Assembly (NCBI RefSeq): GCF_001194135.2
Contig: NC_068993.1
Coordinates: 29,573,841-29,610,857, forward strand
Reading direction: 5' to 3'
DNA from: Octopus bimaculoides
Taxonomy: Eukaryota
Length of the DNA stretch: 37,017 nt
Shown: positions 1 through 11,810 of the stretch, piece by piece
Layout of the letters: each line of letters opens with the position of its first letter
Numbering within the stretch: the first letter of the stretch is position 1
Translations under genes and position numbers: made by a program
Notes under the pieces: generated by a model
What the model saw: only the letters and a program-made list of their open reading frames with translations
The model's database searches: none
What the model was told of the DNA's origin: nothing

Positions 1-2390
1 CATTATAGTGAAACAGTAAAAGGATCAAAGCAGTGCCCAGTCACTAAAACGAAAAAAAAAAAGAAGTCTAATGGGTTATTCATTATGTTATCACAGTTTT
101 GTGGGATTTGGCTGTTATTTCTAACATATGGATAGCCTGCTTGAAACTCCAGAATGGAAAAGCACCTGGAAGAGACTTGATTGTTGGATATTGGTACAAG
201 AAGCTAACATTTTACCGACCATATCTTATCAATCTGTACCAGCAAGCTTTTATTGGGAACAGGAGCATACCACACTGGTTAGCTCTGGCGGAGACAAAAT
301 TGATCCCTAAATACAGAACGACCCACATGGCAAAAAGCTACCAGCCAATTGCATGCCAGAACTTAATGTATAAAATATATACAGAATGTTTAAACCTCCT
401 CCTCCAAGACCATTGTGAAACCAATAACATCATCACAGCAGAACAAGCAGCTGGGAAGAAGGGAGTCTGGGGATGTGCTAAGCAATTGCTAATCAACAAA
501 ACTGTGATGTCAGGGGTGCGAGAGCATAGGAGGAACCTAGTTTTAATGTTGCTAGATTACAAGAAAGCCTTTGACTCTTGTTCCCCACTCATGAATGCTA
601 GAAGCCCTCAACTAGCTAAGTTCCAGTGAGAATAGTCAAAGCCATAGCTGACCTGACTTCATTGTGGGCCACCATCTTGAAATTAAACACAAAGAGTGAC
701 TGTATTATCACTGATAGAATACAGTATCACAAAGGCATATTCCAAGGAGACAGTCTCTCTGTGATGTTGTTTATACTTTCTGTAAACCCCATGTCATTCA
801 TGTAAAGACAGTCTAGAGGATAGCTCACTGGTTCACAAGGAAACAGAAATACAAAAATTATACACTGTTTCTTTGTGGATGACTTAAAACTTTATGCAAA
901 GAATATGCATGAGATGAAAAGGAGCCTTGACCTAGTTACAACATTCTCAAATGATGTAGGGTTGGAGTTTGGTCAGGATAAATGTTGTTACATGGTTGTG
1001 AAAAGGGGGAAGACTATAAACCAAACTAGTAACATCTCCATCAATGAATTGACTGTTTCCCTTGTATCTGATAAGGAATGTTACAGGTATTTAGGGGTGG
1101 ATGAAAATATATCTTACAATGGCACCTGTAACAAAACACATGTCACTAAAGAATATTACAGCTGAATAAAGAAAATTTGGACCTCAGAACTCTCTGCATT
1201 CAATAAAACAGTGGCCCACAATGTGTTTTCAGTGCCAGTACTCATACCAACATTTGAGAAGCTTGATTGGACACTTGATGAGATCCGAGCCATTGATGTG
1301 AAAACCTGAAAAATACTAACAAGCTCACATAATTTCCTTAACGCTGATCCAAAATGCCTTCGAATGTCACATTATATCCTTTGGCAACACCAAGCATCGA
1401 AGTGCATCCTTTGACCAAGTTTGCATACATGAGGCTGATAAAATCATAAGACTTGAAAGGCAGCTCTTTGAGCAACACTCTTTGTCTGATAACCTAGACT
1501 ACATGCCCAAAGAAGTTGCACAACTATACCACAACATATCAGATGAAAGGATGAGCCTATATGAACAGAAGACTATGCATGGATATGTTACTAGAAAGCT
1601 TTGTAATGATAGTAACATTGATCATTAAAGCAGTTTATCATGGATGAATAGCCAGATTACTACCTCCCACTTTGATGGGCATGTGTATGCAATCCAGGAA
1701 CAGAAAATATCAACCAAGTACCTGATGTACAAAAGGGATAGAGATGCGGGAGAAGCCATAAAATGTGACAACTGATGCAGACTTTGTGGAGTTTGCACTG
1801 AAGATATCACCCACATCATAAGCAGTTGTCCGAAAATGTCATCACAGTATTATCTACCGATGAGACATGACGCTGTAGCTAGGACACTATTATGAAGTCC
1901 ATCGGAAAGATAATCCCGAGGACAAAGAAATAAAAACCCACAATACGGTAGAAGCCATAGCCATACACAATGAAAAGGAATACTGCTGGAATGTACCAGT
2001 GAAGACTTCAATAAAATGTAAGAACAACAGACCTGATATAATGATTTGGGATAGAGAAAAGAAACTGTGCACAGTTGTGGAAATTAGCTGCCCAGCGGAT
2101 ATTAACATAAAGCTGAAGATCAGTGAAAAAGAGAACTCCTATGCTGAAATTTTGAGAAATCTGCAGTTACTCTATCCAGATTACAAGTTCAGGTTTATAG
2201 CTGTAATTATTAGGGCCCTGGGATATGTAACACACTGCTTGAATACCAATCTTGAGAGATTAGGCTTCTTAAAACCAGAAAGGAGAAAGCTGATTCGAAG
2301 ACTACAGATCCAATCCATCACTGGAAAACTTTATCATTTGAATATATATGAGCATGTCTAGATATACAACTATATGCATGAGAATACATA
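1..2390 (+). mobile_element. Degenerate RLE-type non-LTR retrotransposon (R2 group, most like R4/Dong): RT, CCHC knuckle and restriction-like endonuclease; 3' UTR resumes at 3348 after an LTR insertion
   Basis: Translated motifs KAPGRD, YQPIACQNLMYK and LDYKKAFDS (ORF 99-629), GIFQGDSLS (~734), FVDDLKLY (872), YRYLG, CRLCGVCTEDITHIISSC (~1776-1830), RHDAVA, and RPDIMIWD..VVEISCP (ORF 1999-2361). Many stops and frameshifts. Confidence 0.88.
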
Positions 2391-3347
2391 TGTAAGAACG
2401 ACCGTGCGAACCAAAGGAGAAATGGTGATGAATGGAAAACAGGCTCCTTTTTTAACGTGTCACACAGTCAACACAAAAATATAAAATGATAAATATGTTA
2501 TAATTCTATAACATAGGGAACTAGGAAATGCCAGTAAGGAAGACGATAGAAACGCAACTGATAGAGATGAATAGCAGTAAGATTCATTGGAGCATTAAAC
2601 TGTATGTCTGTGTGTGAGTGAATGCGACATAATAAAACACATTATAAGACAGGCTGTCATGTAAACAAAATAGTGTATGTGTATGTAAGAGTTACAGAGT
2701 ATAAATAAGAGTCAGTAACACAGATAAGGAAATGCCAGTTCTGTTGAGGTACACAGCTAGATTGTAGGTCTGTATGTAAGAAGTTAAGGTTAAGGCAGAG
2801 CGGTCACTCGTCGTGATGTTGGAGCTTCTATACCGGGCCGGGATCTTGAATACAGATGTTCTTCGCAGGCTGAATTCTGGCTGTTATTTCGTGGTGAGGC
2901 GATTCACACAAACAGGGTTGAGAAGAGAAGCTGCAGTGGCTGTTTGGTAGCTGTTGGTAGCCTGTGTACGTGTAGAAGTCATGTTGACGCTGGCGGCGAT
3001 GCTGGTAGTCGTAGTTGAACGAGGCTGTTGATGGCNNNNNNNNNNNNNNNNNNNNNNNNNNNNNNNNNNNNNNNNNNNNNNNNNNNNNNNNNNNNNNNNN
3101 NNNNNNNNNNNNNNNNNNNNNNNNNNNNNNNNNNNNNNNNNNNNNNNNNNNNNNNNNNNNNNNNNNNNNNNNNNNNNNNNNNNNNNNNNNNNNNNNNNNN
3201 NNNNNNNNNNNNNNNNNNNNNNNNNNNNNNNNNNNNNNNNNNNNNNNNNNNNNNNNNNNNNNNNNNNNNNNNNNNNNNNNNNNNNNNNNNNNNNNNNNNN
3301 NNNNNNATTTGTTTATATATAACAGTGGGGGAGATGGTTTCACTACA
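2391..3347 (+). mobile_element. Probable solo LTR (Gypsy-like) inserted in the 3' UTR of the RLE LINE; interrupted by an N gap
   Basis: Starts TGTAAG (2391) and ends CACTACA (3347), i.e. TGTA...TACA termini. CATA lies immediately on both sides (2387-2390, 3348-3351). TATAAATA near 2699; no coding similarity. The TSD evidence is weakened because the flank is CATA-rich, and the orientation is tentative. Confidence 0.5.
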
Positions 3348-3540
3348 CATACATAAAACATACAAATCTGCACATACATACATACATGCATACATACATA
3401 CATACATACATACATACACACACATACATACCTACATACACACACACATACATACATACATGTATGCATGCATGCATACATACATAGACATACATACATA
3501 CATACAGACATACATACATACATACATACATACATATGCA
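3348..3540 (+). repeat. End of LINE 3' UTR and (CATA)n microsatellite tail
   Basis: Direct reading: catacataaaacatacaaatctg followed by ~170 bp of imperfect CATA repeats. Confidence 0.9.
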
Positions 3541-3860
3541 AGACTTTTCTCAAGTTCCAAATGTGAATTTGACTGTTAACTACATCTCAAAGATGGAGCC
3601 TTGTATCTTTGTTGGAAACAGGCTCCCTCCTCAGTGGAAGATTTATAATGATTAGAAAATAGAAGAGACATATATACATATACTGTGATTACTTTGGGTA
3701 CCACTGACCAGCTGGTCATAAAATTCCCTTGGGAATTCCCTAGAAAGGTGAGAGAAATAATGATAAGAATACACACAGACAGTTCTTTCAAAAGTGCCCC
3801 AGACACGCTGACTAGCCACAGCAGTTGGTTAAGGGCTTAAATTACACACATACATGCACG

Positions 3861-3867
3861 TGCACGT

Positions 3868-3902
<35 letters not shown>

Positions 3903-4089
3903 GCATTGCTCACAACGAACTTGGTTCACTGCTCCCAAGAGAATATTCATTGACGACCATAGTACTACAAACATACTTATATATCCATGTATGTGTATGT
4001 GTGTATGTATATGTATATATACATATATAAATATGTGTGTGTGTGTATTTTTGTGTGTATATGTATATGTATATGTGTGTGGCTATAGG

Positions 4090-4126
<37 letters not shown>
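3861..4126. repeat. (CA)n and mixed (TG)n/(TA)n microsatellites
   Basis: Direct reading: (CA)n to 3899, mixed TG/TA from ~3985, pure (TA)n ending at 4126. Confidence 0.95.
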
Positions 4127-4130
<4 letters not shown>

Positions 4131-4663
4131 ATCTGTTGTTGAAAATGCACCTAAATTTCAAAAACTTGTAAATGTTTAAAATACATTTATTTACATATAT
4201 ACCAAACTAGTTTCAATAATATTTTTTGTTTATCAATGGTAAAAGTTTAAAATTAGAAAAACATCTTTAAAAGTTTCAATGTTGACAAACTAAAATGTTT
4301 CAATGTTGACATATTAAAATGTTTCAATGTTGATAAATTAACATGTTCAAAACAGAAGGTGTAAGTTTGAATGTCCATAGCAGTCAATAAAATTAAAACT
4401 GTATATCAATTTGTTTGAATGTACAAAGTTCATTAATTTCAGTGATGGTTGACAAGTCATACTGAAAAAAACAAGTGTGAAATGAAAATAGTAAAAAAAA
4501 AAAAAAGGNNNNNNNNNNNNNNNNNNNNNNNNNNNNNNNNNNNNNNNNNNNNNNNNNNNNNNNNNNNNNNNNNNNNNNNNNNNNNNNNNAAAAAAAAAAA
4601 AAAAGGGAATTTGGTTTACAGTTTCTCTGATCCTCTTCTAATAGACGCTTTCGCCTGTAGAGG
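4127..4663 (-). repeat. Left arm of the inverted repeat flanking the PLE (contains N gap 4509-4589)
   Basis: gaaaatctgttgttgaaaatgcacctaaatttcaaaaac is the reverse complement of 8316-8354 (1 mismatch); the match continues to cctgtagagg (4663). Contains three copies of a 24-bp unit at ~4269-4345. Confidence 0.92.
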
Positions 4664-5286
4664 AAAAATTCAAGGAGGAAACCAAATCTGATAACCCCTT
4701 CTTGAAAAAAACTAAAAGCTATGAACTTCATACAACCGGAAGAAAGTCACTACCGGAACAATACCAGAATGACCATCCAGAACCAAGAATAACCAATACC
4801 CTCCCCAGGACTCCAAATACTCATCAAAGACATAAAATGGGAAATTTCATAGAACCCTTCGCCACACAACAAAGCAGTCTCACTCAAACATACAGAAACC
4901 CATCTCACCCCAAGAATCCTCTACGTCCCAGATGTAACATCTTCATGAATAATTTTTTTTGGACAGAAATATAAGAAAAATACAAACTCCCCACATTTGA
5001 GACACATCTCACATAGAGAAAACTTCGAACAGGACCAAAGAAGAAGTAGGAACTTCTCCCCTTTGAAACATTTCTTCCACAATAACCACCGCTTCCAAAC
5101 AGAATATAACCATTATGACAACCCCACTCAGAGCCGGCCACAATGAAGAACCCACAATAGACCAAGGGTTAATGGAAGAACTGTTAACTTGAACACTAAT
5201 TCCCTACACCAGAGAAACCATTTTTTAGACAAACTGAGCCAAAACTGGGACACTCGATGGCACCAACCAAGTATGAGATTCCGAAG

Positions 5287-7524
5287 GTGATAAATCTCTC
5301 ACATAAAGCCCTTTCAAACCAGGAAATCAAAATTCTTGCAAAGGGATGAAAGTTCACCCCAACACCACAAAAGTCAAACCTAAATGATATACAAAATGAT
5401 GTCCAAGAATTCTGCAGAAAACTTCACATCACTGAAGAACTACTGAATAAAGATAATAATGATCAATCAATCCTTCACAATAAAAGTAACTACTGTCCAA
5501 CACAAGGAAGAAATCAAACTCTGGATAACTTTTGTGATTTGATTTCTACTTTCCCCTACAATTTACTCGCACCCCGAAAATTTAAAATAAATACAAGTTG
5601 AGAAGAATAGGAAGATCATTAATAATCTCAAGGAGGATGACAACATAATTATAAAAGAAGCCAACAAAGGGAGTACTGTAGTTATCATGGACTCAGAAAA
5701 ATACATAACACTATCCTAACCCTCCTTCAAGACAATACCTACTATGAAAAAATCAACAACTACAGTCAATTGAAGATAATGACCTAACTGTTTACCCTTA
5801 TCCACCAGTTCCAACAAGGTTTAGCAAAAAAGGAGACAGATTACTTGACTAGATTTGACTGCAAAACTAGTAACTTCTATGGACTTCCCAAAATCCACAA
5901 AAGTGAGGCCATAAACAAAGCCTGTAGCAAGTCAACTTCTATAGTCATAAATATTCCACACCCAAGAGATCTCAAAATGAGACCAATTGTGGTTGGTCCC
6001 TCGTGTGAGACACACAAACTCAGTAACTTTGTTGATGTCCTCCTTAAACCTGTTTTCCAACATATACCAAGCTTTATACAGTATGATCTGGACTTTTTAA
6101 ACCATCTCCTGAACAAAACCAACAAAGACTCCCTCCTGGTTTCATTCGATGTAATTAACCTCTACACCTCGATTCCTCATGAATACAGAATAATAGCCTT
6201 ACAATACTGGCTGGAAAAATTCCCAAATGACATTCCTGACAGAATCAGAAAGGAATTCATCATTGAAAGAATAAAATTCATCCTACAGAACAACTTCTTC
6301 AATTTCAACGAAAACACTTATAGACAAAAATCGGGCATGGTGATTGGAAAGAGGGTAGCACCTACTTTTGCCAACCTTGTCATGTCATATTTGGAAGTCC
6401 AAATATACAAACACACTAGATTGAAATTTGGAGACAACTTCCAAAAATACTTACTCACCAACTGGTAACGCTACCTGGATGACTGTTTCATCTTGTGGCC
6501 ACATAACCTTGAACAACTCTCAAAATTTAAAGACTTAATCAACAGCATTAACCACAGTATCCAGTTTACAATGGAATACAGCCACAAACAACTACCCTTC
6601 CTAGACATCTTAATAATAAAGAGAGATATTGAAATTGAAACTGACATCTTCTTTAAACCAACGGACTCAAAACAATATCTTCTATTCTCCTCTTGCCACC
6701 CAAAGCATACTAAAATAAATATACCATTCAACTTAGCGAGAAGAATTTGCATGATTGCATTAAATCCCGAAACCCAAGAAAAGCGACTCAAGGAACTAAA
6801 AAACACATTACTAGATAGAAAATACCCAGCCAGTCTAATCAAAAATGGAATAGAACATGCAAAAATGATAGACATCCAAGAGTTACGGAAAACAAGAAAA
6901 GACTATGACACATTTAAAACTTTATCTTAGGCATCAACACACAATCCAAGAAACATGGAGGCATATAACATCATCTGCCAAAACATACCCCTCCTTATGA
7001 AAGACTCATGAATGAAAAAGGCACTAGAAACATAGGATTATTAAAAGTAAGAGACAACTGCAATTCCTAAAAAATTACTCACCAGTGCCAAATTACCCAC
7101 CAAAAATACAACCCCACAAGTCAAAAAGTGCAACCGCCCTAACTGCGGAACTTGCATCTTCCTCTTAGAGGGCTCAACATACAAATTTAAGTCAGGTCAA
7201 ACTTTCACCATGAAATATGACTTCACCTGTACTTTGATGAACTTCATCTATGTTCTTAAATGTGGAGGTTGTGGTGGTGACTACATTGGTCAAACTAGTT
7301 AAACTTTGAGGGATAGACTTACGGTGCACAGGCAACAAATTCAGGACCCCACTACTAGGAAAATTCCTGTAAGCAAGCACCTAGATCAATGCCCCATAGA
7401 CATAAACCCTAAATACCAAATCTTCCCTCTCTTTCAATGCACTGGAAACACTTCAACCCAATTCCGTTTAAATAAGGAAAACATACTGATTAAAAAATAT
7501 AAACCACAGCTGAATATCATTTAG
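5287..7524 (+). pseudogene. PLE polyprotein remnant: reverse transcriptase plus GIY-YIG endonuclease with a Cys-rich module
   Basis: VINLSHKALS..KG*KFTPTP (5287), IIKEANKGSTVVIMD, FYGLPKIHK (5875), MRPIV, SFDVINLYTSIP, QKSGMVIG..APTFANLVM, RYLDD (6469), LPFLD, KPTD, CNRPNCGTC (7129), IYVLKCGGC..YIGQT (7246-7296), LRDRLTVHR. Stop at 7524; internal stops and frameshifts. Confidence 0.92.
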
Positions 7525-7950
7525 AAAGAAGAAAAAGCAGTAAAAAGAAAAGAAAAAAGACTCAATTTCAACACAAAAAAACAACCAGGAACAACAAAAA
7601 AAACTTGTTTTTAAATCTTTAGTAACAATCTTCCCCCTGAGTTCTGAAACCACAAATCCAAATCATACAAACACCAGGTGCCAATGTCACCCACCTCCAG
7701 TCCAATGAAATTCTACAAACACAGTTGCTGACATCACCTAACTCCAGACCGATCAAAACGAAACTTCAGCAAATACAACCCTTTAAGAGAACCAACCAAT
7801 TGGAACGACTTATGACTGTATCCACAAGGATACCAACCAAGCAGAACAACAAGCTTACCCACGGAAAAAAAAGGCACCAGTATTTTAACAAATCAAAAAT
7901 CAGGTCTGCTCACAGAAAAAAATTATAAATTCATCTGATCCCAAAACATA

Positions 7951-8354
7951 CCACTACAAGTGAAAGTGTCTATTAGAAGAGGATCAGAGAAACTGTAAAC
8001 CAAATTCCCTTTTTTTTTTTTTTACTATTTTCATTTCAGACTTGTTTTTTTCAGTATGACTTGTCAACCACCACTAAAATTAATGAACTTTGTACATTCA
8101 AACAAATTGATATACAATTTAAATTTTATTGACTGCTATGAACATTCAAACTTACACCTTCTGTTTTGAACATGTTAATTTATCAGCATTGAAACATTTT
8201 AATTTGTCAACATTGAAACTTTTAAAGATGTTTTTCTAATCTTAAACTTTTACCATTGATAAACAAAAAATATCATTGGTATATATGTAAACGAATGTAT
8301 TTTAAACATCTATGAGTTTTTGAAATTTAGGTGCATTTTCAACAACATATTTTC
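7951..8354 (+). repeat. Right arm of the inverted repeat flanking the PLE
   Basis: ccactacaagtgaaagtgtctattagaagaggatcagag... matches the reverse complement of 4663 leftward. It has two copies of the 24-bp unit and lacks a ~12-bp segment present in the left arm. Confidence 0.92.
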
Positions 8355-9772
8355 CTGTATTTTTTCCTGCATGGAAACACCACCCCCTCTTTTGTTATAT
8401 ATATTTAATACCTCTGCCGAAGAAATACGAATCTCAGAAGATGCTCAGATAAGAAGTTTTCTCTTTTCAACCTCGTTCATCTACTCTTCTATTTCTGTGC
8501 AGATCATAATCCCCTTATTTGGTTCTTTTCACTATTCTGTCTATAGCTTCATCTTCCTCGTTGTTGCCTTAAAATAACCTTAGTTCACACATTTCCCTAA
8601 CCGCAACACATTCATTCATTCATTTATTAAAGTTTATCACACAGTCACTTATTTCTCTAATTTTGTCTTAGATTAGCTGACCGAAAACTCTCAGATTATT
8701 CAATTCTCTTTTACTATTATCAACATTTGCTGTCGCGTTAAAGTATGCTACACAAATCCCAAAAGAATATTTTCTTCCTTGTGTTCTGACCACTACCCCC
8801 ATCTCTCTCTGTGCCTTACTCTGTTNNNNNNNNNNNNNNNNNNNNNNNNNNNNNNNNNNNNNNNNNNNNNNNNNNNNNNNNNNNNNNNNNNNNNNNNNNN
8901 NNNNNNNNNNNNNNNNNNNNNNNNNNNNNNNNNNNNNNNNNNNNNNNNNNNNNNNNNNNNNNNNNNNNNNNNNNNNNNNNNNNNNNNNNNNNNNNNNNNN
9001 NNNNNNNNNNNNNNNNNNNNNNNNNNNNNNNNNNNNNNNNNNNNNNNNNNNNNNNNNNNNNNNNNNNNNNNNNNNNNNNNNNNNNNNNNNNNNNNNNNNN
9101 NNNNNNNNNNNNNNNNNNNNNNNNNNNNNNNNNNNNNNNNNNNNNNNNNNNNNNNNNNNNNNNNNNNNNNNNNNNNNNNNNNNNNNNNNNNNNNNNNNNN
9201 NNNNNNNNNNNNNNNNNNNNNNNNNNNNNNNNNNNNNNNNNNNNNNNNNNNNNNNNNNNNNNNNNNNNNNNNNNNNNNNNNNNNNNNNNNNNNNNNNNNN
9301 NNNNNNNNNNNNNNNNNNNNNNNNNNNNNNNNNNNNNNNNNNNNNNNNNNNNNNNNNNNNNNNNNNNNNNNNNNNNNNNNNNNNNNNNNNNNNNNNNNNN
9401 NNNNNNNNNNNNNNNNNNNNNNNNNNNNNNNNNNNNNNNNNNNNNNNNNNNNNNNNNNNNNNNNNNNNNNNNNNNNNNNNNNNNNNNNNNNNNNNNNNNN
9501 NNNNNNNNNNNNNNNNNNNNNNNNNNNNNNNNNNNNNNNNNNNNNNNNNNNNNNNNNNNNNNNNNNNNNNNNNNNNNNNNNNNNNNNNNNNNNNNNNNNN
9601 NNNNNNNNNNNNNNNNNNNNNNNNNNNNNNNNNNNNNNNNNNNNNNNNNNNNNNNNNNNNNNNNNNNNNNNNNNNNNNNNNNNNNNNNNNNNNNNNNNNN
9701 NNNNNNNNNNNNNNNNNNNNNNNNNNNNNNNNNNNNNNNNNNNNNNNNNNNNNNNNNNNNNNNNNNNNNNNN

Positions 9773-11416
9773 GATGAATGGTTAGTGAGAGCTGTGCGAG
9801 CCATGCACAGGGACGCTGTCAGTAAGGTGAAGATTGGCAATGAGTGCAGTGAAGAATTCCGGGTAGAGGTAGGGGTCCACCAAGGTTCAGTCCTCAGCCC
9901 CCTCCTATTTATCATAGTCCTCCAGGCAATAACAGAGGAATTCAAAACATGATGCCCCTGGGAGCTCCTCTATGCTGATGATCTTGCTCTAATAGCTGAG
10001 TCACTATCAGAACTAAAGAAGTTTCATGTGAGTCAACCAAGCTAAAACCAAAGTCCTAATAAGTAGAAAGGCAAACAAACCACAAACCCCTTCAGGTAGA
10101 TGGCCCTGTTCGATCTGTGGAAAAGGAGTAGGTATAAACTCTATAAGATGTACCCAGTGTAAGCTATGGACACATAAAAGGTGCAGCAATATCAAAGGAA
10201 AGCTAACTGGGAAGATAGTTTTAGTACGTAGCAGATGCTCAGGAGCAATAAACACTGAAAATGTGCAGAGAACAACTTCTGCCACATTCCAGGGAGAAAA
10301 ACTAGAAGTAGTTGATAGCTTCTGTTACCTAGGTGACCAAGTCAGTAGTGGAGGAGGGTGCACTGCAAGTGTAGCTACTGGAATAAGTATAGCCTTGGCA
10401 AAGTTTAGAGAGCTCTTATGTCTGCTGGTGACAAAGGGCCTCTCACTCAGAGTAAAAGACAGACTGTATGACGCATATGTATGAACAGCCATGCTACATG
10501 GCAGTGAAACATGGGCCGTGACTGCTGAGGACATACGTAAGCTTGCAACGAATGAAGCCAGTATGCTCCGATGGATGTGTAATGTCAGTGTGCATACTTT
10601 ACAGAATGTTAGTACCTTGAGAGAAAAGTTGGACCTAAGAAGTATCAGTTGTGGTGTGCAAGAGAGACAATTGCGCTGGTATGGTCATGTGGCAAGAATG
10701 GATGAGGATAGCTGTGTGAAAAAGTGCCACACCCTTGTGGTTGAGGGAACCTATGGAAGAGGTAGACCCAAGAAGACCTGAGATAAGGTGGTGAATCACA
10801 ACCTTCGAACATTGGGCCTCACCAAGGCAATGACTAGTGATCGAGACCTTGGGAAATATGCTGTGCGTGAGAAGACCTGGCAAGCCAGGTGAGATCATGA
10901 CCCATGGCCTTTGCTAGGGGTGTAGCCAGCCCACATATGAGTACCTCTCCTTCATTGGACACTGAACTCTGCTTGCGAAGACCTGTTGAGGCAAGTGAAA
11001 TCGAAATCGAACTAAATTTGATGACTGGCAGCCATACCAGTGGAGCGTTAACAGCACCATCCAGCATGATCATTGCAGAGGAGCTGTCTGGCTTCCGTGC
11101 CAGTGGCACGTAAAAAGCACCATTTGAGCGTGATCGTTACCAGCGTCACCTTTCTGGCACTTGTGCTGGTGGCACGTGAAAAAACATTTGAGCATGGCCA
11201 TTGCCAGTACTGCCTGACTGGCCCTCGTGTGCCAGTAGCACGTAAAAGCACCCACTACACTCTCAGAGTGGTTGGCATTAGGAAGGGCATCCAGCTGTAG
11301 AAACTCTGCCAGATCAGATTGGAGCCTGGTGCAGCCATCTGGTTCACCAGTCCTCAGTCAAATCGTCCAACCCATGCTAGCATGGAAAGCAAACGTTAAA
11401 CGATGATGATGATGAA
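9773..11416 (+). mobile_element. RTE-clade LINE, 3' half (RT C-terminal part, PHD-like insert, 3' UTR, (GAT)n tail); 5' part lost in the gap
   Basis: GVHQGSVLSPLLF, YADD (9971-9982), SFCYLGD (~10318), LHGSETW, LRWYGHV, GRGRPKKT; tail gttaaacgatgatgatgatga at ~11395-11416. Confidence 0.92.
11034..11252 (+). repeat. Four ~65-bp tandem units in the RTE 3' UTR, each with a GTGCCAGTGGCAC-type palindrome and an A-tract
   Basis: Cores start at 11034, 11097, 11163 and 11229 (spacing 63, 66, 66). Confidence 0.75.
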
Positions 11417-11417
11417 G

Positions 11418-11520
11418 ATATGTGTGTGTGTGCGGTTGTGTGTGTGTGTGCATATGTGTGTGTGCATATGTGTGTGTGCATATGTGTGTGTGTGTATATA
11501 CATATATAGAAGAGAGAGAG
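11418..11520. repeat. (TG)n / TGCATATGTGTG compound microsatellite
   Basis: Direct reading. Confidence 0.9.
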
Positions 11521-11618
11521 GGAAAGAGATAACTGACACAAGAAATATCATAGATATATGTTTTGAAAAGTAAAGTAGTAAATAATTTAGTAAAGGCTGG
11601 ATTTCTAATATCATATTT

Positions 11619-11809
11619 CAGGGCGTTTTTTTAAACAAGTTTCTTAGTCTCAGTGCACCATTGCGTCTCAGTACAGGGTCCACATTGGAAACTACTGGTC
11701 TAAAGTACAATTTTCCGTGGCCCCTGAAAAATCATTGTGGACTCCCATTTACTGCATTTCATTTGTGAACCTCCAGAAATTCTGTATGGACCCCAGTTGA
11801 GAATCCCTG
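11619..11809. mobile_element. Possible hAT (Charlie-like) MITE remnant
   Basis: Right end ggaccccagttgagaatccctg (reverse complement CAGGGATTCTCAAC) resembles Charlie-type MITE termini and sits beside TTCTAGAA. Left end cagggcgttttttaaac matches only loosely; no 8-bp TSD. Confidence 0.3.
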
Positions 11810-11810
11810 G

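Larger units (their letters stand above)
4127..8354 (+). mobile_element. Penelope-like retroelement (Neptune-like) bounded by long inverted repeats
   Basis: PLE RT and GIY-YIG coding remnants lie between two arms that are reverse complements of each other (4127-4663 and 7951-8354). No TSD seen; the left end abuts (TA)n. Confidence 0.85.

Noticed and set aside
2783-2794. TTAAGG x2, a telomere-like variant
   Set aside because: Only two non-canonical units; expected by chance in AT-rich DNA.
4640-4680. Hammerhead ribozyme in the PLE arms (minus strand cct-ctac-agg-c-GAAA-gcgtc; degenerate copy at 7951-7970)
   Set aside because: PLEs often carry hammerheads and a stem II + GAAA look-alike is present, but there is no CUGANGA core or adjacent stem I in either arm. 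An Infernal search of the family consensus would settle it.
2828-4731. Long ORFs in the track around 2828-4731
   Set aside because: They consist of N gaps and microsatellite translations (YVCM, IHTY, YIYI).
8668-9945. 300-425 aa ORFs, and similar ones at 18934-21172
   Set aside because: Almost entirely X from assembly gaps, plus poly-I/L/N from TAA repeats.
11034-11252. CRISPR-like array (palindromic ~25-bp repeats with ~40-bp spacers)
   Set aside because: The spacers resemble each other, the repeats are degenerate, there are no cas genes, and the array is the 3' UTR of a eukaryotic LINE that recurs at 25621-25770.
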